Position numbers and translations under genes: made by a program. DNA of 64,000 nt from Azolla caroliniana (lineage: Eukaryota; Plantae; Polypodiophyta), in assembly GCA_043228905.1 (NCBI GenBank), contig JBHGNT010000005.1:20770001-20834000 (forward strand), written 5' to 3'. Under the pieces are notes generated by a model. It was not told the DNA's origin and ran no database searches. It saw only the letters and a list, made by a program, of their open reading frames with translations. Numbering within the stretch: the first letter of the stretch is position 1; every line of letters starts with the position of its first letter. This document shows, in pieces, positions 1-13,289 of this stretch.

Positions 1-3000
1 TTGTGGTCGAGGAATGTCAATGTCGATCGGATGGTGCCCATGTCCGAGCGTATCAAGTTTCCGAGTGGATGCTTGATGGGTGGGATCAATCTCATGGAGG
101 AGGAGCTGGTTCATGTGCATTATGTATTGGGGAGATTGCCGTTGGCGCCGGTGTTGGTCATCACTTATACCAGTGAGCAGCTCTAGGAGCACCATGCCCA
201 TAGAGTACACATCCCCCTTCTGGGTCGCCTTCACGAAGCGATCGACCCCGAGCGAGAATAGAGTCTCGCCCCCGGCCCCGGCCTTGAAGACCACATCGAT
301 GGCCTCGGGCGCGTAGTAGTGTAAATCGAGGTCCTTGGCCGGTACCCTTGTGTTCCTTGTGGGCGTGGGCACCACTCCGCTCCCGGCTATGCTCACAAGG
401 CGCCCGAGGCCGTAATCCGCCACGTACGCATCCAATCCCATGTCTAGCAATATGTTGTTGGGCTTTAGGTCCCCGTGTGCCGCAGTTCCGCCCCGTTGCT
501 CGTGTAGGAATGCTACGGCCCTCGCTACTGCCCTCGCTATTTTTAACCTCGCCCACCATACTAGCCCTTGTTGGTGCCATCCTAATTTGTCCCCAAGAAA
601 AAAACCCGAAAAAACACGGATCAATTTAAAAAATAAAACACCCAAGCAAACATTGTTCTTTATTCGTTCGAGTATGAACTTATCGAAAGGTGCAACTAAA
701 AATTTCCCATACCTCCTCTTTCTTGTTGTCGATAAACAACCCTATGCACTCTTAACAATCACAAGGCAATCAATTTATTACACTCTAATATACTAGTTAT
801 TTCTTTGTTCAAACAATGCTAACCAACCGACTAAAGAGCTAATTTTCTATCTTCAAAAGATTGTGGTATAAAAACTTCCTCAAAAGGATGCATTGTTGGA
901 CCGGATGGAAGTGTGGTACTTCATGTGAATGATGCCTTAAAAAGTCTACCAACAAGAAAAGCACAATTTAGTTGTCTTCAAGATAAAGATACAAGCCTTG
1001 AGTAGTGTCCAAATCTATCTTAAATATCCACCATTTTTTCTGTATTGCTAAGCAATCACATGTTGTCAATTGGTCATGTGACATGCCAGTCCTCTATGTC
1101 ACATTCACATATGTGATGCGTTGTTTTCTCTTGTTCAATGTGTTTCTATTGAAGCGAGTATCGAGATAATATGTATGGGTCACTAGGCCCTTGGTATTTG
1201 AAATCATGATTGGAAAATGATGGCATACTTGTGACATTTTGTCTTCTCGAATCTTGATCAAAACGAGAGCGAAAGAAACAGCAATAAGTATTTTGATCTA
1301 TAAGAGTTGTTTTTGGGCTTTGATCTATTTATCCATCACATGTCACTCTCATCACATTATTCGTACAAAAAATTTCACCTAGGAGTACCCATTTGGCCAT
1401 GATTACGCTATAAAGTGCACGAATATTTTGTCAAGTGAGTTTCATTGCCTGTCATGGCTTTTTCATCAGTTTTTGGTCAGAAATCTTGGAGATGTTTCGC
1501 GGCTTGTAAGGGATGAAAATGATAGAGTTTACATGGATATATATAAACATCTCCAAGAATTCCAACCAAATACTTATGAAAATCCATATTAGGCCGAGAA
1601 ACTCTCTCAATCGAAAATTCATGCACTTTTGTCGCCATCGGAGTGTTCTATTTTCGAGATCACATTTCCTTAATGCCAATGACAAGAATCAACATAGGAG
1701 TCTGGAGAGTGATTGAGTACTAACCATGTCCACGGCTTTCTCCGTTTGGTTTCCCCAAGTGCACCTACGCCAAGCCTGACCTTCAAAGAAAGGGGTCAAA
1801 CTAATCGTAGAATCCCACCCGAGATAGAGTCACATAGAAATGCTCGAGGGAAATTGGCCGAAAGTCATAGGGGCATTTAGGAGTTTAAGCACGGGTTGGC
1901 CAAGGGAATTCCGAGGGGGGGGGGGGCAAATAACGGGAATTGACGACGCAAGGGTATTTTGGTAAATTTAAACTCGGATCTTATGGATCCAATGTGTGTG
2001 TGTGTATGTATGTATTGTGGTACTTAGTTAAGCATGTCCACAACTTCTCTCTTTGGTTTCCCCAAATGCCCCTAGGCTAAGCCCTTAAAAGAAAGGGGCC
2101 AAACTACTCGTAGAATCCCACTAAAGTTTGACTCATGTAGAAATGATCGAGGGAAACTGCTGAAAGCCATAGGGGCATTTGGAGTTTAAGCTTGGGTTTG
2201 CCATGGGGGGGCATCCCGGAGAAATAAACGGAACCGGCGCAAGGGGTATTTCGGAAACTTAAACTTGGGGGTCTTATGGATCGGTCAAATGTACCTACAT
2301 ATTTATGTATGGTGGTACTTAGTTTAACGATCAAAGGCGGCGGCATACCGTGACGGCGCAAGGCGGAGCCGAGGTTTCCGTTGGGGAGGAAGTCGTAGAC
2401 GAGGAGTTTCTCATCGGGGGAGCAAGAGTAGGCTCGTAGGCGGACAACATTGGGGTGCCGGGCGGCCGCGATACCTTCCACCTCCGACTCGAACTCCTTG
2501 TGCCGGTGTCCGTTCCGTCTGGCCCCGCCCTCTCCGAGCCGCCTGACCGCCACCGTGACCTCCTCCGACACCACGACCCGGTACACGATCCCGGCCCCGC
2601 AGCTCTTGCCCAGCACGTAGGCCGCGGCTCTCAGCAGCTCCTCGATTGTAAACCCCACCTCCCCGCCCTCGAGGGCCACCAATTCCCCCTTGTATCGCTC
2701 CACCACCGATGATGCCCCGGATCCCCGCTTTCTAGCACAATTGAACCATCTCGAGGGGCCGAATCCCCCACCGGAACAATGCCCCCTCCTACCCGGCCTT
2801 GCCCGATCCGATCCTTTGTAACTATGGCCGCCGATGTCTCCGCTTCGCGGTAGCGAGGGGGAGGAGGAGGAGGAAGAAGAAGAGCAGCAGGCCAGCATGG
2901 TCATGCTCTTCTGGCTGCCATGGCTAATGACACTTGTGGCAATGCTCTTGTTGTAATGCTCATCATCCTCATCTTCTTCTTCTTCTTCCGCGCCCCGGAC

Positions 3001-4182
3001 CCTCCTGCCGGCTTTGGCCCATGTGTTCCCCCAGTAGCAGCAGCACAAGCATCCTATGCACATCAACACCACACCTGTGGTGCTCGCCATAGCTACAGCC
3101 AGCGCGATCTCCTGCCCGTCCCACGCATTGCTGCCATGGCCATGCCGATCTCCTCCGCTACTGCCATTGTCCGAGCTGCTGGGTGTTTCCATAGGGCAAA
3201 TTGTCGGAAGAGGCGGGCCACAAAGCCCCGGATTGCCGAGGAACACATCCGCGGAGGAGGCGCGATTCGAAGGGATCGGCCCGCTGAGGTTGTTGTAAGA
3301 AACATCGATGATCGAGGTTCCGGCCGAGAGGAGGCTGCTTGGGATGCCTCCTGATATCCTGTTGTGGGACAAGTTCAAGACCTGCAAGCCTCCCTGGAGT
3401 ATGCTCTCCGGAATCGCGCCATCGAGGCAGTTGTGAGAGACATCGAGATACTCCAGTGATCCCGGCACGGAGTCGGGGATCGGGCCCGAGAATGCATTGT
3501 GATCGAGCGAGACGAATGCCAGGCGCGCGCACCCGGACATTAGGGAGGAGGGGATACTACCCGATAACGAGTTATCCGAGAGGTCGAGGCTCTGGAGGGA
3601 GGAGAGGTGTCCGATTTCTTGCGGGAGGCTTCCCGAGAAGTTGTTGGAGAAGAGGAAGAGGCTCTTGAGGCCGGCCACACCTTCAAAGAGGCGGGTCGGG
3701 ATAGGTCCGTAGAGGCGGTTGTGGTGGAGGTTGAGGTGGCGTAGGCATGTCAGCTGGCCTAGCTCCGGCGCCAACTGTCCGAGGAGCTGGGACCGAGGCA
3801 ATGTAAGGGTGATCACATGGACAACAACATTCATGTCTTGTGTCAAGGTGTCGGCATTTGTGTCGAGGTTCTGGTGGCCGGAGGAGGACATATTGGTGGG
3901 CGGGCCGCATTGGACGCCTTCCCAGAGGCAAGGGTCGGGGTAGCGGTCGGGGTCCCATTGGTCGAGGACGCCCAAAGGGTCGGACTCGATGGTCCGTTTG
4001 AATGCCAACAATGCGTCTCTTTGAGAGGTGGGGAGCGACCAGGACGAGGGGCTGGGCTCGCGAGGAGAAGGGGCAGGAGCAATGGCATGATTTGGGAGAG
4101 CTTGGTTGATGGAGTCTACTTCAAGGCTGCAAATGGTAGTAGGGATGGTGCATAGTATTAGTATAAGGATGACAATCATAAG

Positions 4183-4225
<43 letters not shown>

Positions 4226-4263
4226 ATGGAGTAGTAGTTGTAATAGGAGGAGGAGATGGTCAT
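1..4263 (-). CDS. LRR receptor-like kinase, LRR-III / ZAR1 (zygotic arrest 1)-like; 3' end lies beyond the window start
   Basis: Exon 1 is 4263..2349 (alternative ATG at 4179). It encodes a signal peptide, LRRNT (DALLAFK...PCLWEGVQC), plant LRRs, the [10 protein letters not shown] cap, a TM helix and kinase subdomains I-V ([17 protein letters not shown]...[10 protein letters not shown]...[13 protein letters not shown]). A phase-1 GT..AG intron spans 2348..582. Exon 2 (581..<1) reads [20 protein letters not shown]...[11 protein letters not shown]...ADYGLGRLV...YYAPEA...[19 protein letters not shown], with no stop before position 1. Confidence 0.93.
1725..2327. repeat. Diverged ~300 bp tandem duplication in the RLK intron
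   Basis: The blocks catgtccac..tttggtttcccca..aaagaaagggg..cgtagaatcccac..cataggggcattt..tcttatggatc..gtggtacttagtt occur in the same order at ~1725-2032 and ~2033-2327. Confidence 0.85.
4183..4224. repeat. (ACT)n microsatellite encoding poly-Ser or lying in the RLK 5' UTR
   Basis: About 14 perfect ACT units directly upstream of the ATG at 4179. Confidence 0.9.
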
Positions 4264-5256
4264 GAAGAGAAAGAAGATGAATTCATAGATAGATAGATAG
4301 GAGTAGATTGAATGTGTAAAAGACTCTCTCCAAGCTATAAATACATACCATTTAAAATACATACATACATGTCTATCTATCAATATACATATATATATAT
4401 GTACACAATGAGTGAGAGAGAGAGAATGTGTGTGTATTTATTATTGTCCGTTTGCTCCTCTCAATCTATCATTTATCTATCTAAATATACATACATACAT
4501 GCATTCATTCACACTACAAGTACACATACATACATACATACATACATTTGTGTGTGCGCTTAAATTGTTGATGACATAAAGACTTCACAAGACTACCATG
4601 ACTTCCATTCCCAAACGTCCAAAACCATTCAACACTTTAATGTTGTGAAGCTCCCCCCCAACCACATGGTGAACAACGAGCCTCATGGAGGTCAAGGCTA
4701 CGTATGTGGTAACAAGTTACAACGCCACATGGGGGTCACACGCTAGGGAGACGATGACTATCGATACGATCCATAGACGACAACAACAATAGGTAGAGGT
4801 TGGGTATTCGTACTATCCCCTGTTACGAAAACACAAGTGCTCTTAGAATGTAAGTGTATGTGGTCTAGAGATGGTGATCATATCTATTTAGTTCCACTAG
4901 ACAATGACGGAACCTAAAACAATTATTGTAGTACCCACATTCAATGGGCATATTGCATTTACTCCAATCATTGGTGGAGTAACATTCATTCCTAATTTGC
5001 ATATAATAGATGCACATATGGAATACAAGTTTATCATCACATTAAGCATACTAATAATAAAGAGTAAGAATGCTAGATAGGCTATGTTGTCGTCACTCAT
5101 ATGCTTGCCTTAGACAATCATTTGTTATGATCACAATATAACGTTGCACATGGCACTTTAGCTTGTGCTTGTTCTAGACCTAAATCTAGGGCTATATAGA
5201 TGCTCACATAAATCCTAGTTTTGCATCACATGATGAGGTTCGACACTTTTCAAAAA

Positions 5257-5681
5257 GGGAAAATACCAACATATTTCTAAGTTTTCCATATTTACCAAGA
5301 TATCCCTAAGTTTAAAAATGATGAAAACACCCCTTGATTATTTAAAGTTGCTGAAACATCCTCGAGATTTAACTAGGTTAATGTCACACTTAATAGGCAT
5401 AACAGCCTAGACCAATTAGGCTGCTTAAGCTAGCAATTACTATGTCGAACTTTAATTAGTTGGTCTCCTAATTAGGATTGCTTAGTTAACAATCAACAAA
5501 AAAAATAGATGGTCATGTTAGAACAAACTTAACTTGCAAAATTAACTAAACAAAACCAAATTTATTTTGCTAGAGCAATTGGAAAAAACCCGAAGTGTGC
5601 TTTGATATTTTTATTAAAATTAGGTCATATGTCGATGATGTGTAAAAGGTTACAAAGCTTAGGGTATGCTAGCGCTTTTGC
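5257..5681. mobile_element. Possible degenerate Mutator-like MITE
   Basis: The left end (gggaaaataccaacatat..tttaccaa) resembles the TIR of the MITE at 54963. The right end (ttagggtatgctagcgcttttgc) is only loosely complementary, and there is no clean TSD. Confidence 0.3.
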
Positions 5682-5896
5682 TACTTTTTAATTGGCGAAG
5701 ATAGCGATTGCTTCACATTCACATGCAACAATGGGAGGCAAATTCGTACATTCACATGCAACATTGGACAACAAGGTTGTGCTCGTGGGGTGGGGGTTGT
5801 GGATAATGTGATGGTTGGGACCAAGGGCACAATGTGAAGCAATGTACGAAGGGAGGGAGGGGGGGGGGGGGGGGGGGTAAAACAGGTACTAGGGTT

Positions 5897-6353
5897 TAAC
5901 AATCGGCAACGGAACCGAACTGCGAAACTGCGGTTTAACAGCTTAACGGTTTGGTTCAGTTTCAATAGTCAAAAACCGCGGTTTAAATGGTTTAACGGTT
6001 TTTTATTTTTTATTTAAAAAAAAAATTCTAAAAAAATAAAAAAATTGTTTTTAAACAATCTTTTCATTTTTAGACCTTATTCTCACATTTTAGGAACATC
6101 TTAAAAATTAAAAAATTAAAAAAAAATGAAATATTATAAATTAAAAAATTTTAAAAATAAAAAATAAAACATTTGACCTTTGTTGAAAACCGAAACCGAA
6201 CCACGAAACTGCGGTTTTTACGGTTTAACGGTTTGAAAAATGTTTACCAGTTCGGTTTAACGGTTTCGTGGTTCGGTTCAGGTTTAAAAAAATTTAAACG
6301 GGTCGGTTTGGACCCTCTCAAGACGAACCGAACCGAACCATTGCTGATTGTTA
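5897..6353. mobile_element. hAT-type MITE (457 bp)
   Basis: 16-bp TIRs taacaatcggcaacgg / ccattgctgattgtta (2 mismatches). Perfect 8-bp TSD ctagggtt at 5889-5896 and 6354-6361. Many subterminal AACCG/CGGTT motifs around an AT-rich core. Confidence 0.9.
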
Positions 6354-6805
6354 CTAGGGTTTATGGAATTAGGTTCAGATGTACGCACCATACAAGAAGC
6401 TGCGGCGTGCTATACATGAAGGAACAAGACACGGGTAGGTATGAGAACGAGATAGTGTACATAGTTTCTTCTGGTGTGGCGAGGCCGTGATCGGGGGAGA
6501 CGAGACAAAGGCCCATGCCATTTTGGAATACATACATACATAGATACATAGATACATACATACATAGCAGGACAATTGGTTAGCAGGGAGAAGGTCGAGA
6601 GGTACGCGGTGGGAGGAGGCTCGGGGTGTGTCCGTCCGTCCGTCCGTCCGTCCGTCCGGGTGTGCTAGTGGGGGGCCCATGGGGACCCTACCCACGATGA
6701 GCAGGGCACACCTTTTCTGCAGAACCAAAAGTGTGACCAACAACAGGGCACGTCACAGAACGACAAACTTCCACTTTGTATCGACGAATGCAGAGCACGC
6801 CATAA

Positions 6806-6852
<47 letters not shown>

Positions 6853-6925
6853 ACTAACTATATAATTGTGTTGTTTTTTCCATACCTGATTTGTACTTCA
6901 GCGTCGACAATTCACGCAGATCACC

Positions 6926-9900
6926 ATGGAAGCTAGCTCCGCTTGTGTGGAGATCAAAGATCTGAGCTTCACATATCCCGGCCTTGATGGCCAACCTCCC
7001 CTTGGATCCAAACCCCTCATTCATGGCTTCTCCCTCACTCTCCATCGTGGTGATCGTTGCCTTCTTATCGGTGCCAATGGTGCAGGTATTTCGTTCGATC
7101 TTATCCTTCGCTCTCGCTAAAAAACCCGAAAACTTGTTGATCTAAGAGAATTCTGATGCATGAATAGTAGGAATTAGGATCAGAGCTTAGCTATTTATGA
7201 TTTTGTCTGAAAACACACACAAGACTTGGGGATTATAGCTGCAATGTGTAAGACTTTATTGAGAAAAGTGTATGACAAAATGGATCAGACCTTCATGATG
7301 TAGAGCATTGTCCAAGAAAACACATCAGAAAGGGGATTGGAGGTTAGTCTATGTTATATTTAAGAATCTGCTGTAAATAAAACACATGAAAAGGAGATTG
7401 GCTCTCAACTGCCTAAAGTTTCATAAAAAACACACGAGACAGCAGATTTGAGATTATGTATGAGAGATTTTATTGAGCAGCACACGAGAAATGAGGTCAT
7501 AGCTTGACTTTCTAAATTTTTATTTTTGAAAGGTACATGAGAAAGGGGGGTCAAATCTGTAATTTTTCATCAAAGAGAACAGGAAATGTGGGGGACGAGA
7601 GCTTATTATTTCAGATTTTGTTTAAAACACATGAAAAAAGGGAGCATAACTTAACCATGAAAGATTTTGTTGGAAAAACATATGAGAAAAGCAATCAGAA
7701 CTTGACTATATTTTTAAGTTTTTGTGAGAAACACATGAGAGAGAGGATCAGAGCTTAATGACATCTGAGATCTCTATATCAAAAGGAAGTAAAGGATAAT
7801 ATGCTTCACTTGATTGTACACTCAAAACTTCTGTTTATATATCTGTAGGGAAGACCACCATTTTGAAAATCATTGGTGGAAAACACATGGTGGATCCTGG
7901 AATGGTCCAAGTGCTGGGGAGATCTGCTTTCCATGACACCTCACTCATATCTTCTGGTGACCTGTCTTACCTTGGTGGAGATGTATGTACATTGAGCCTA
8001 ATTTTTGTGCTGAACGTAATTGAACTATCTAAATTTCTGATTGGATCTTTTATTTATATGCAGTGGCGAAGAGATGTTGCGTTTGCAGGATTCGATGTGC
8101 CTTTGCAGATGGATATCTCAGCAGAGAAGATGATATTTGGAGTGCAAGGTATAGATCCCAAGAGGAGAGAGAATCTAATTAAGGTATTTTTCGATAGCAG
8201 TCGGCATATCACATTCATATGATTTCGTTATTTTTGTGGATCCTTGTCATCCTCTTCCAGATTAATAATTCTTGAAGCTTGGCCAGAAATCTAACTTACA
8301 TCACTTTGTTAAAGCATTGGCTATAACTTTTGTTGGATTGAATGTTCATTTTTCTAGGTATTGGACATTGATCTGAGTTGGCGCCTTCATAAAGTTTCTG
8401 ATGGACAGAGAAGGCGTGTTCAAATCTGCATGGGACTTCTGCGACCTTTCAAGGTGTTTATAATGTAGTGCTATGCATTATTTAATCCATTAACACTAAA
8501 ATATAGAATGTAACTGATCTAGTATTTTTTTTTGTTCTAGGTACTACTACTGGATGAGATTACAGTTGATCTTGATGTGCTAGCAAGAGCAGATCTACTA
8601 TCATTTTTACGTTCAGAATGTACAGATAGAGGAGCTACAATTGTTTACGCGACCCACATATTTGATGGCCTTGAAACATGGCCATCACACATTGTAAGAG
8701 GCATCAACTCTTGAAAATCTTAAAAATGCCATTGTTTATTAATTCAGAAGAAATCTGGGTGCCAACAAGCTGGAGATATCAATGAATGTATAAGACATGA
8801 GCATGCAGACTTCTGGCACAATGCTGGGAATCATTCAGCTATTACAAAATTACAAATGTTTGAATGCATGAATTTTGAAAGAAAAGTCATTGACAATATA
8901 CCTAGTTATGCAAGAATTTCGAAGGCCTTGCTAGAAAAGTTAGAATATCGTGAATCCTGGAAAGCAAAAATAAATGGATTGGAAGTTCACTTTCATTGTG
9001 ACAATTTTAAACTTGTCATTCAGGAAGCGGTTTTGTTTGCAGGGCTAGTTATATCACAAAGATTATCTAGTGGACAGCCTCAAAATAGGGGCATGCTCCT
9101 TTAAAATGTTTTCCACACCATGAAGGATAATTTTTTTTGATAATATATGTCATCCAAATACATACATGAGGGACTTAATTGGGATCCATAACCAACAAAA
9201 TGTACAATTATAAAGATATGTTTCGAGATTCATGAATGATGGACTTATCAGATGCCCTAGATACATGTTTCCTGGTCCCACGCGAGCACTACCCATTGGT
9301 TCGATCGAGGCACACTCAAATAATCTGAAGACTGAGGTTAGTGGAGCAGCCAAAGGGGCTAAATCATGCCAGGCAGAAGTCGAAACAAAAGAACACCAAC
9401 AAATGAAGATCAGATAAAGATACATATCTCCATTCATGAGGAAGTTGGGCAATTTAGCAAATTAACAGAGTGATGTATTTGGTATTCCAGGATACACTTT
9501 CTTGGTTCTACTTGACTATAGCCCCCCATCCCCCCCAAATCAGGATTCGTGGCAATGAATCTGTGCTGCAACTGTGCTTACCTTGTGTCCATCTGTAGTG
9601 GCAATTGTCACCTTAGCTGCTGGGATGATCATTTTGAAGATGATATTTGTTGTATTGCAGGCATATGTAGCACAAGGAACATTACAATTTGCAAAGCCGT
9701 TATCAGATATCAAAGAAGTGAAAGAAACCTCCCTTATGGTAAAACAGATTAATTGTAATATATGAATGGTGTAATCATGTTAGATAATCATTTAAGATTT
9801 GACATAGAGGTGATGATGTATTTCACAGAGAACTGTGGAGAGGTGGCTACGGCATGACATTGAGGCAGAGAGGAAAAAATTGAAGGAAGCTCGTTTAAGA

Positions 9901-10029
9901 GGTGAAACTAAACAGAAAGAGACCACAAAGTTGTTGAATAATGGGTGGGCAGGTGGACGATTGCACTCTACTTTAGCCGGTGAAGAGTCGTCTTATTTCC
10001 TCAGCTCAAACCGCGTTTTGCGGCAATAA
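6926..10029 (+). CDS. ABCI20: Soluble ABC ATPase, ABC subfamily I member 20-like (NAP9/CAF16-like), ~313 aa
   Basis: Seven GT-AG exons splice in frame (942 nt): 6926-7085, 7849-7982, 8064-8183, 8358-8453, 8541-8693, 9661-9738, 9829-10029. Motifs: Walker A GANGAGKTT, signature VSDGQRRRV, Walker B LLLDE, H-loop YATHIFD. The C-terminus [24 protein letters not shown] is typical of ABCI20. Confidence 0.93.
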
Positions 10030-11111
10030 TACGTTGACACACCCAAAAAAGCCGTCGAATCGTGGGTGGTTGTGAAGAGGGAGTTAATACTGGCTCGACA
10101 CAAATCGTGGTTTGCGGCAATAATATAGAATCAACTTGTTGGACAGATAACAACATGTGGTTTTAAGATTTATCCATGCGACAAAGATATGCATGGTTGG
10201 TACCATTTGCTATGGTTATCATCAATCATGTCTTTGTTATATGATTCTTGATTGCCCTCATTTCCTCCTGGGGTCTTTTCAGATAAACCATTAGAGATAT
10301 GGTTGTTTTCCTTCAGTGGAAATGATCTGTAAGTTGTAAATCTGGAATGCATGAGATGCCAGCCTCTTTTGTATTTCATATTTCAGGCTCGTATTTATAA
10401 TTTGGAACTTTTTATTTTGTTCAACTAATTCATATTCTTTTGACAATATATGTGAGGGTGAAAAAAATCATGTCTATGCAATATTAACAAAAAGGATACT
10501 TAACAGATTCTCCGTTTTCCTGTCCAGATGATTTCAAGTGAATCATAACTTTAGATGATCATCGGTTTAGTCACGTGATAGCATTTTAGAAAACCTAATC
10601 ATCTGGCACTTTCAATTCTCTTTGAAAGTAATTGAAAGAAACAAGATCTATATCATTAAAAATAAATGAAAAATCTGAAGCGATCCTCCCATTTATTTAT
10701 TTGCAAAGATGGATCACTTACATCGTAGATCTATACATTCTCTCACCCACCTCCTGTGAGATTGTTGAGCATACAAGATATTGAAGCAAAAGAGTGGGAT
10801 GCAATCTTGTAGGGCCAGAGACATAATAAGACCCAAAAAGGTTACTATGTGAAATTGTGCTCTCATATATAACACCCATGACTCAAAAGATCAAAACAAA
10901 AAACTGCTTAAGGAATTAAAACAAATAGTGTTAATTTTTTGGAAAAAAAAAAACAAATAGTATTAAGGTATGAAAAAAAGAAATCTATGAGATGAAACTT
11001 ACCCTAGTACAAAGATGGGTGAATGATCAAGATGGAAGTTCTACTTATAAAGAAGGAGATGAAAGAGAGAAAATAACTTGGTATCATGGAGGGAATGAGA
11101 AAGATAATATT

Positions 11112-11492
11112 TCAATCAAATCCACACCCAAGTAGGCGATATTTATCTTTAATCCAATGGTAGCTCCATTTGATAGTATCCTTGCATTTTCCTTCGACGC
11201 GATGGAAATTGTAAAAAGCGAGTCGTTTCTTGAAGCCACAACGATCCACATAGGGTTCGATGGAGAGGTCCCAAGACATGGATTTTTGGTATTGCCTATT
11301 GTTGAAGTGAAGGAGATGGTTATTGTGGTGAAGGTGTTGATGGTTGAGTAAGTCAGGTGTAAGGGGAAGAAAAATGAGAGGAGGATGGGGAAGCAACGAT
11401 GTTGTTGACATAGATCTTCTATGGCCTCTCAATGTTTTGTTCTTCCTTGTGTTGTCAATGTCACCATATGTTTCCATAGTCTTTGCTATCAT
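11112..11492 (-). CDS. DUF3511 domain protein (single exon, ~121-126 aa)
   Basis: ATG at 11492 or 11477. The C-terminus SW..EP...KKRLAFYNFHRVEGKCKDTIKWSYHWIKDKY matches the plant DUF3511 pattern (KRKKRVAxYKxYxVEGKxKxSxRxSFRWIK) as I recall it. Confidence 0.75.
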   Translation of the reverse strand: MIAKTMETYGDIDNTRKNKTLRGHRRSMSTTSLLPHPPLIFLPLTPDLLNHQHLHHNNHLLHFNNRQYQKSMSWDLSIEPYVDRCGFKKRLAFYNFHRVEGKCKDTIKWSYHWIKDKYRLLGCGFD

Positions 11493-13289
11493 TAAGCTCA
11501 GGAGCCTCTTGCATTTAGTTCCCTTAATAGGCCTTTGATAGTTATGAATTTCATTAGAAAAGGTAACAAAACACAAATTGTGTGAAAGTTACTTTTCTAG
11601 GTATCATAGAAAAAGAGTTAAACGAAATATGACTCGACAAGTTGTTTTCACCAAACCTTATCTGGTGCACACAGAGTTCCTACCCTTTCTTATCATATAG
11701 TATGAAAACCTTCTTCACCATTGCACAAATCAAGCGACTTTTACACAAGGGGAAATATACCAATAGTGCTCCTCATATCATGAAAGATATCAAATTGTAC
11801 CTCTTGTAATTAAAGAAAATATCTTTTGATGCCCTTGGTCCAAACGTAGTTCTTCATCATAAGCATTCTTCCGCAAGCTTGCTTGGTTATTTTAAGAGAT
11901 ATGCACATTTTATTGTGGGCTCATCATTTGGAATGAAGAAATTATGTTAGTGCTAGTTACAATGGCTCCAAATTATGTCCAATGCATTGATATTACAATT
12001 TTGACTAGAGTTAAAGTTACAACGACCAGAGATTTAAATATAGTTATTAACATTGTGATTATTGTTAATATAATAAGAACTAATACCATACAAATGATTG
12101 CACTAATTGCATACAAATAATGTTAAGTAGCAACAATCATGATGCTATTTACCCAACTAATCACAATACATGTTTTTTGTGTCTAGCTCTAATGACAATG
12201 CCAATTAGGATTGTGATTCTAAGGGAGCTTGATCTTAGCTTTTCAACATCATATCAAGTGAACGATAGCTTTTCTACAGGAATGATTTTGCAAACTATTA
12301 GATTACGATTTCAAACATGTGGGGTATTCCGACATTGTTTTACCAAGGAATGGTATAGTATGAGATTTGTAAAAATGCAAAGGGTAGGACTTGTACAACC
12401 TCGTAATACGAGGCTATGTAGAAATGATATTTTCTCGTTAAGTTTACTATAGTTCCTCTTTAAGGTTTCCAATATTTGAACAAATGATCCTTCTTTGCCT
12501 TCCCACTCATTTTCTTAACTATAATTTTGTTAATGTAGGGGCGTTTTTAACATTTTTATCTTTTGAAAAAAAGTTCTACACTTTTCCCATGATAAGATCC
12601 AAACAACTTGTATAATGGAATTTTGTCCTACATTATTGTCTTTCTCAATAACAACTTGATTTATATTGTCTCATGAAGTCTATTGACAAAGATCTAAGAC
12701 ACTTTGAAAATGAGAACACTTGATTTGGGCATTGGGAAGTTCATCTTGAAGTCCATGACTTTGAAAACGAGATCCTTAGTGATGTTGCCTAGTTCAAATT
12801 TGGTGAAAGAGGATGGATATACTAGTTATAATTTGATTGATTCTCGTAATGTCAAGAGGCCGGCCATGGGAAGGTTAGAATTGTGTGAACGATATGATCA
12901 TATACAACGATCATTTTCTACATTGCCTATACAAAATTTGATGAATGTGGAAGCATGGATGTATTGGGTATTCAACACCATAAACCAATACTCTTGGTGT
13001 ACACCAATGAAGTTTTTTTTTTGTTTTTTTCCCGAAAGAGATACGCCTTGGTATTATAAAATCATAAGAAATACAAAAATTGTGTTGGATAAACGAGTAT
13101 GCCAACAGACTCCATTGTACTCACATCACAACCGATTTGATGTGTGTAGATACAAGACCTACACATTTGTACACCATATCTCCAATATTTGTATGGTCTA
13201 CTCCCAAACTGCAAATGAGCATGCAATGTAACCTATACCACCAACATCTGTAGCAACAGAATCCATAAACAAAGTTAGCAGACATTGTT

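Noticed and set aside
2525-2560. VAVR instead of VAVK as a sign of a dead kinase
   Set aside because: [10 protein letters not shown] is the normal motif in ZAR1-type kinases, so it is not unusual by itself.
2455-4155. Many overlapping or antisense ORFs over the RLK exon
   Set aside because: Shadow ORFs of GC-rich coding sequence with no recognisable motifs.
2104-4383. 759-aa ORF as a complete single-exon protein
   Set aside because: It starts in microsatellite sequence and runs into the intron; the kinase continues in a second exon from 581.
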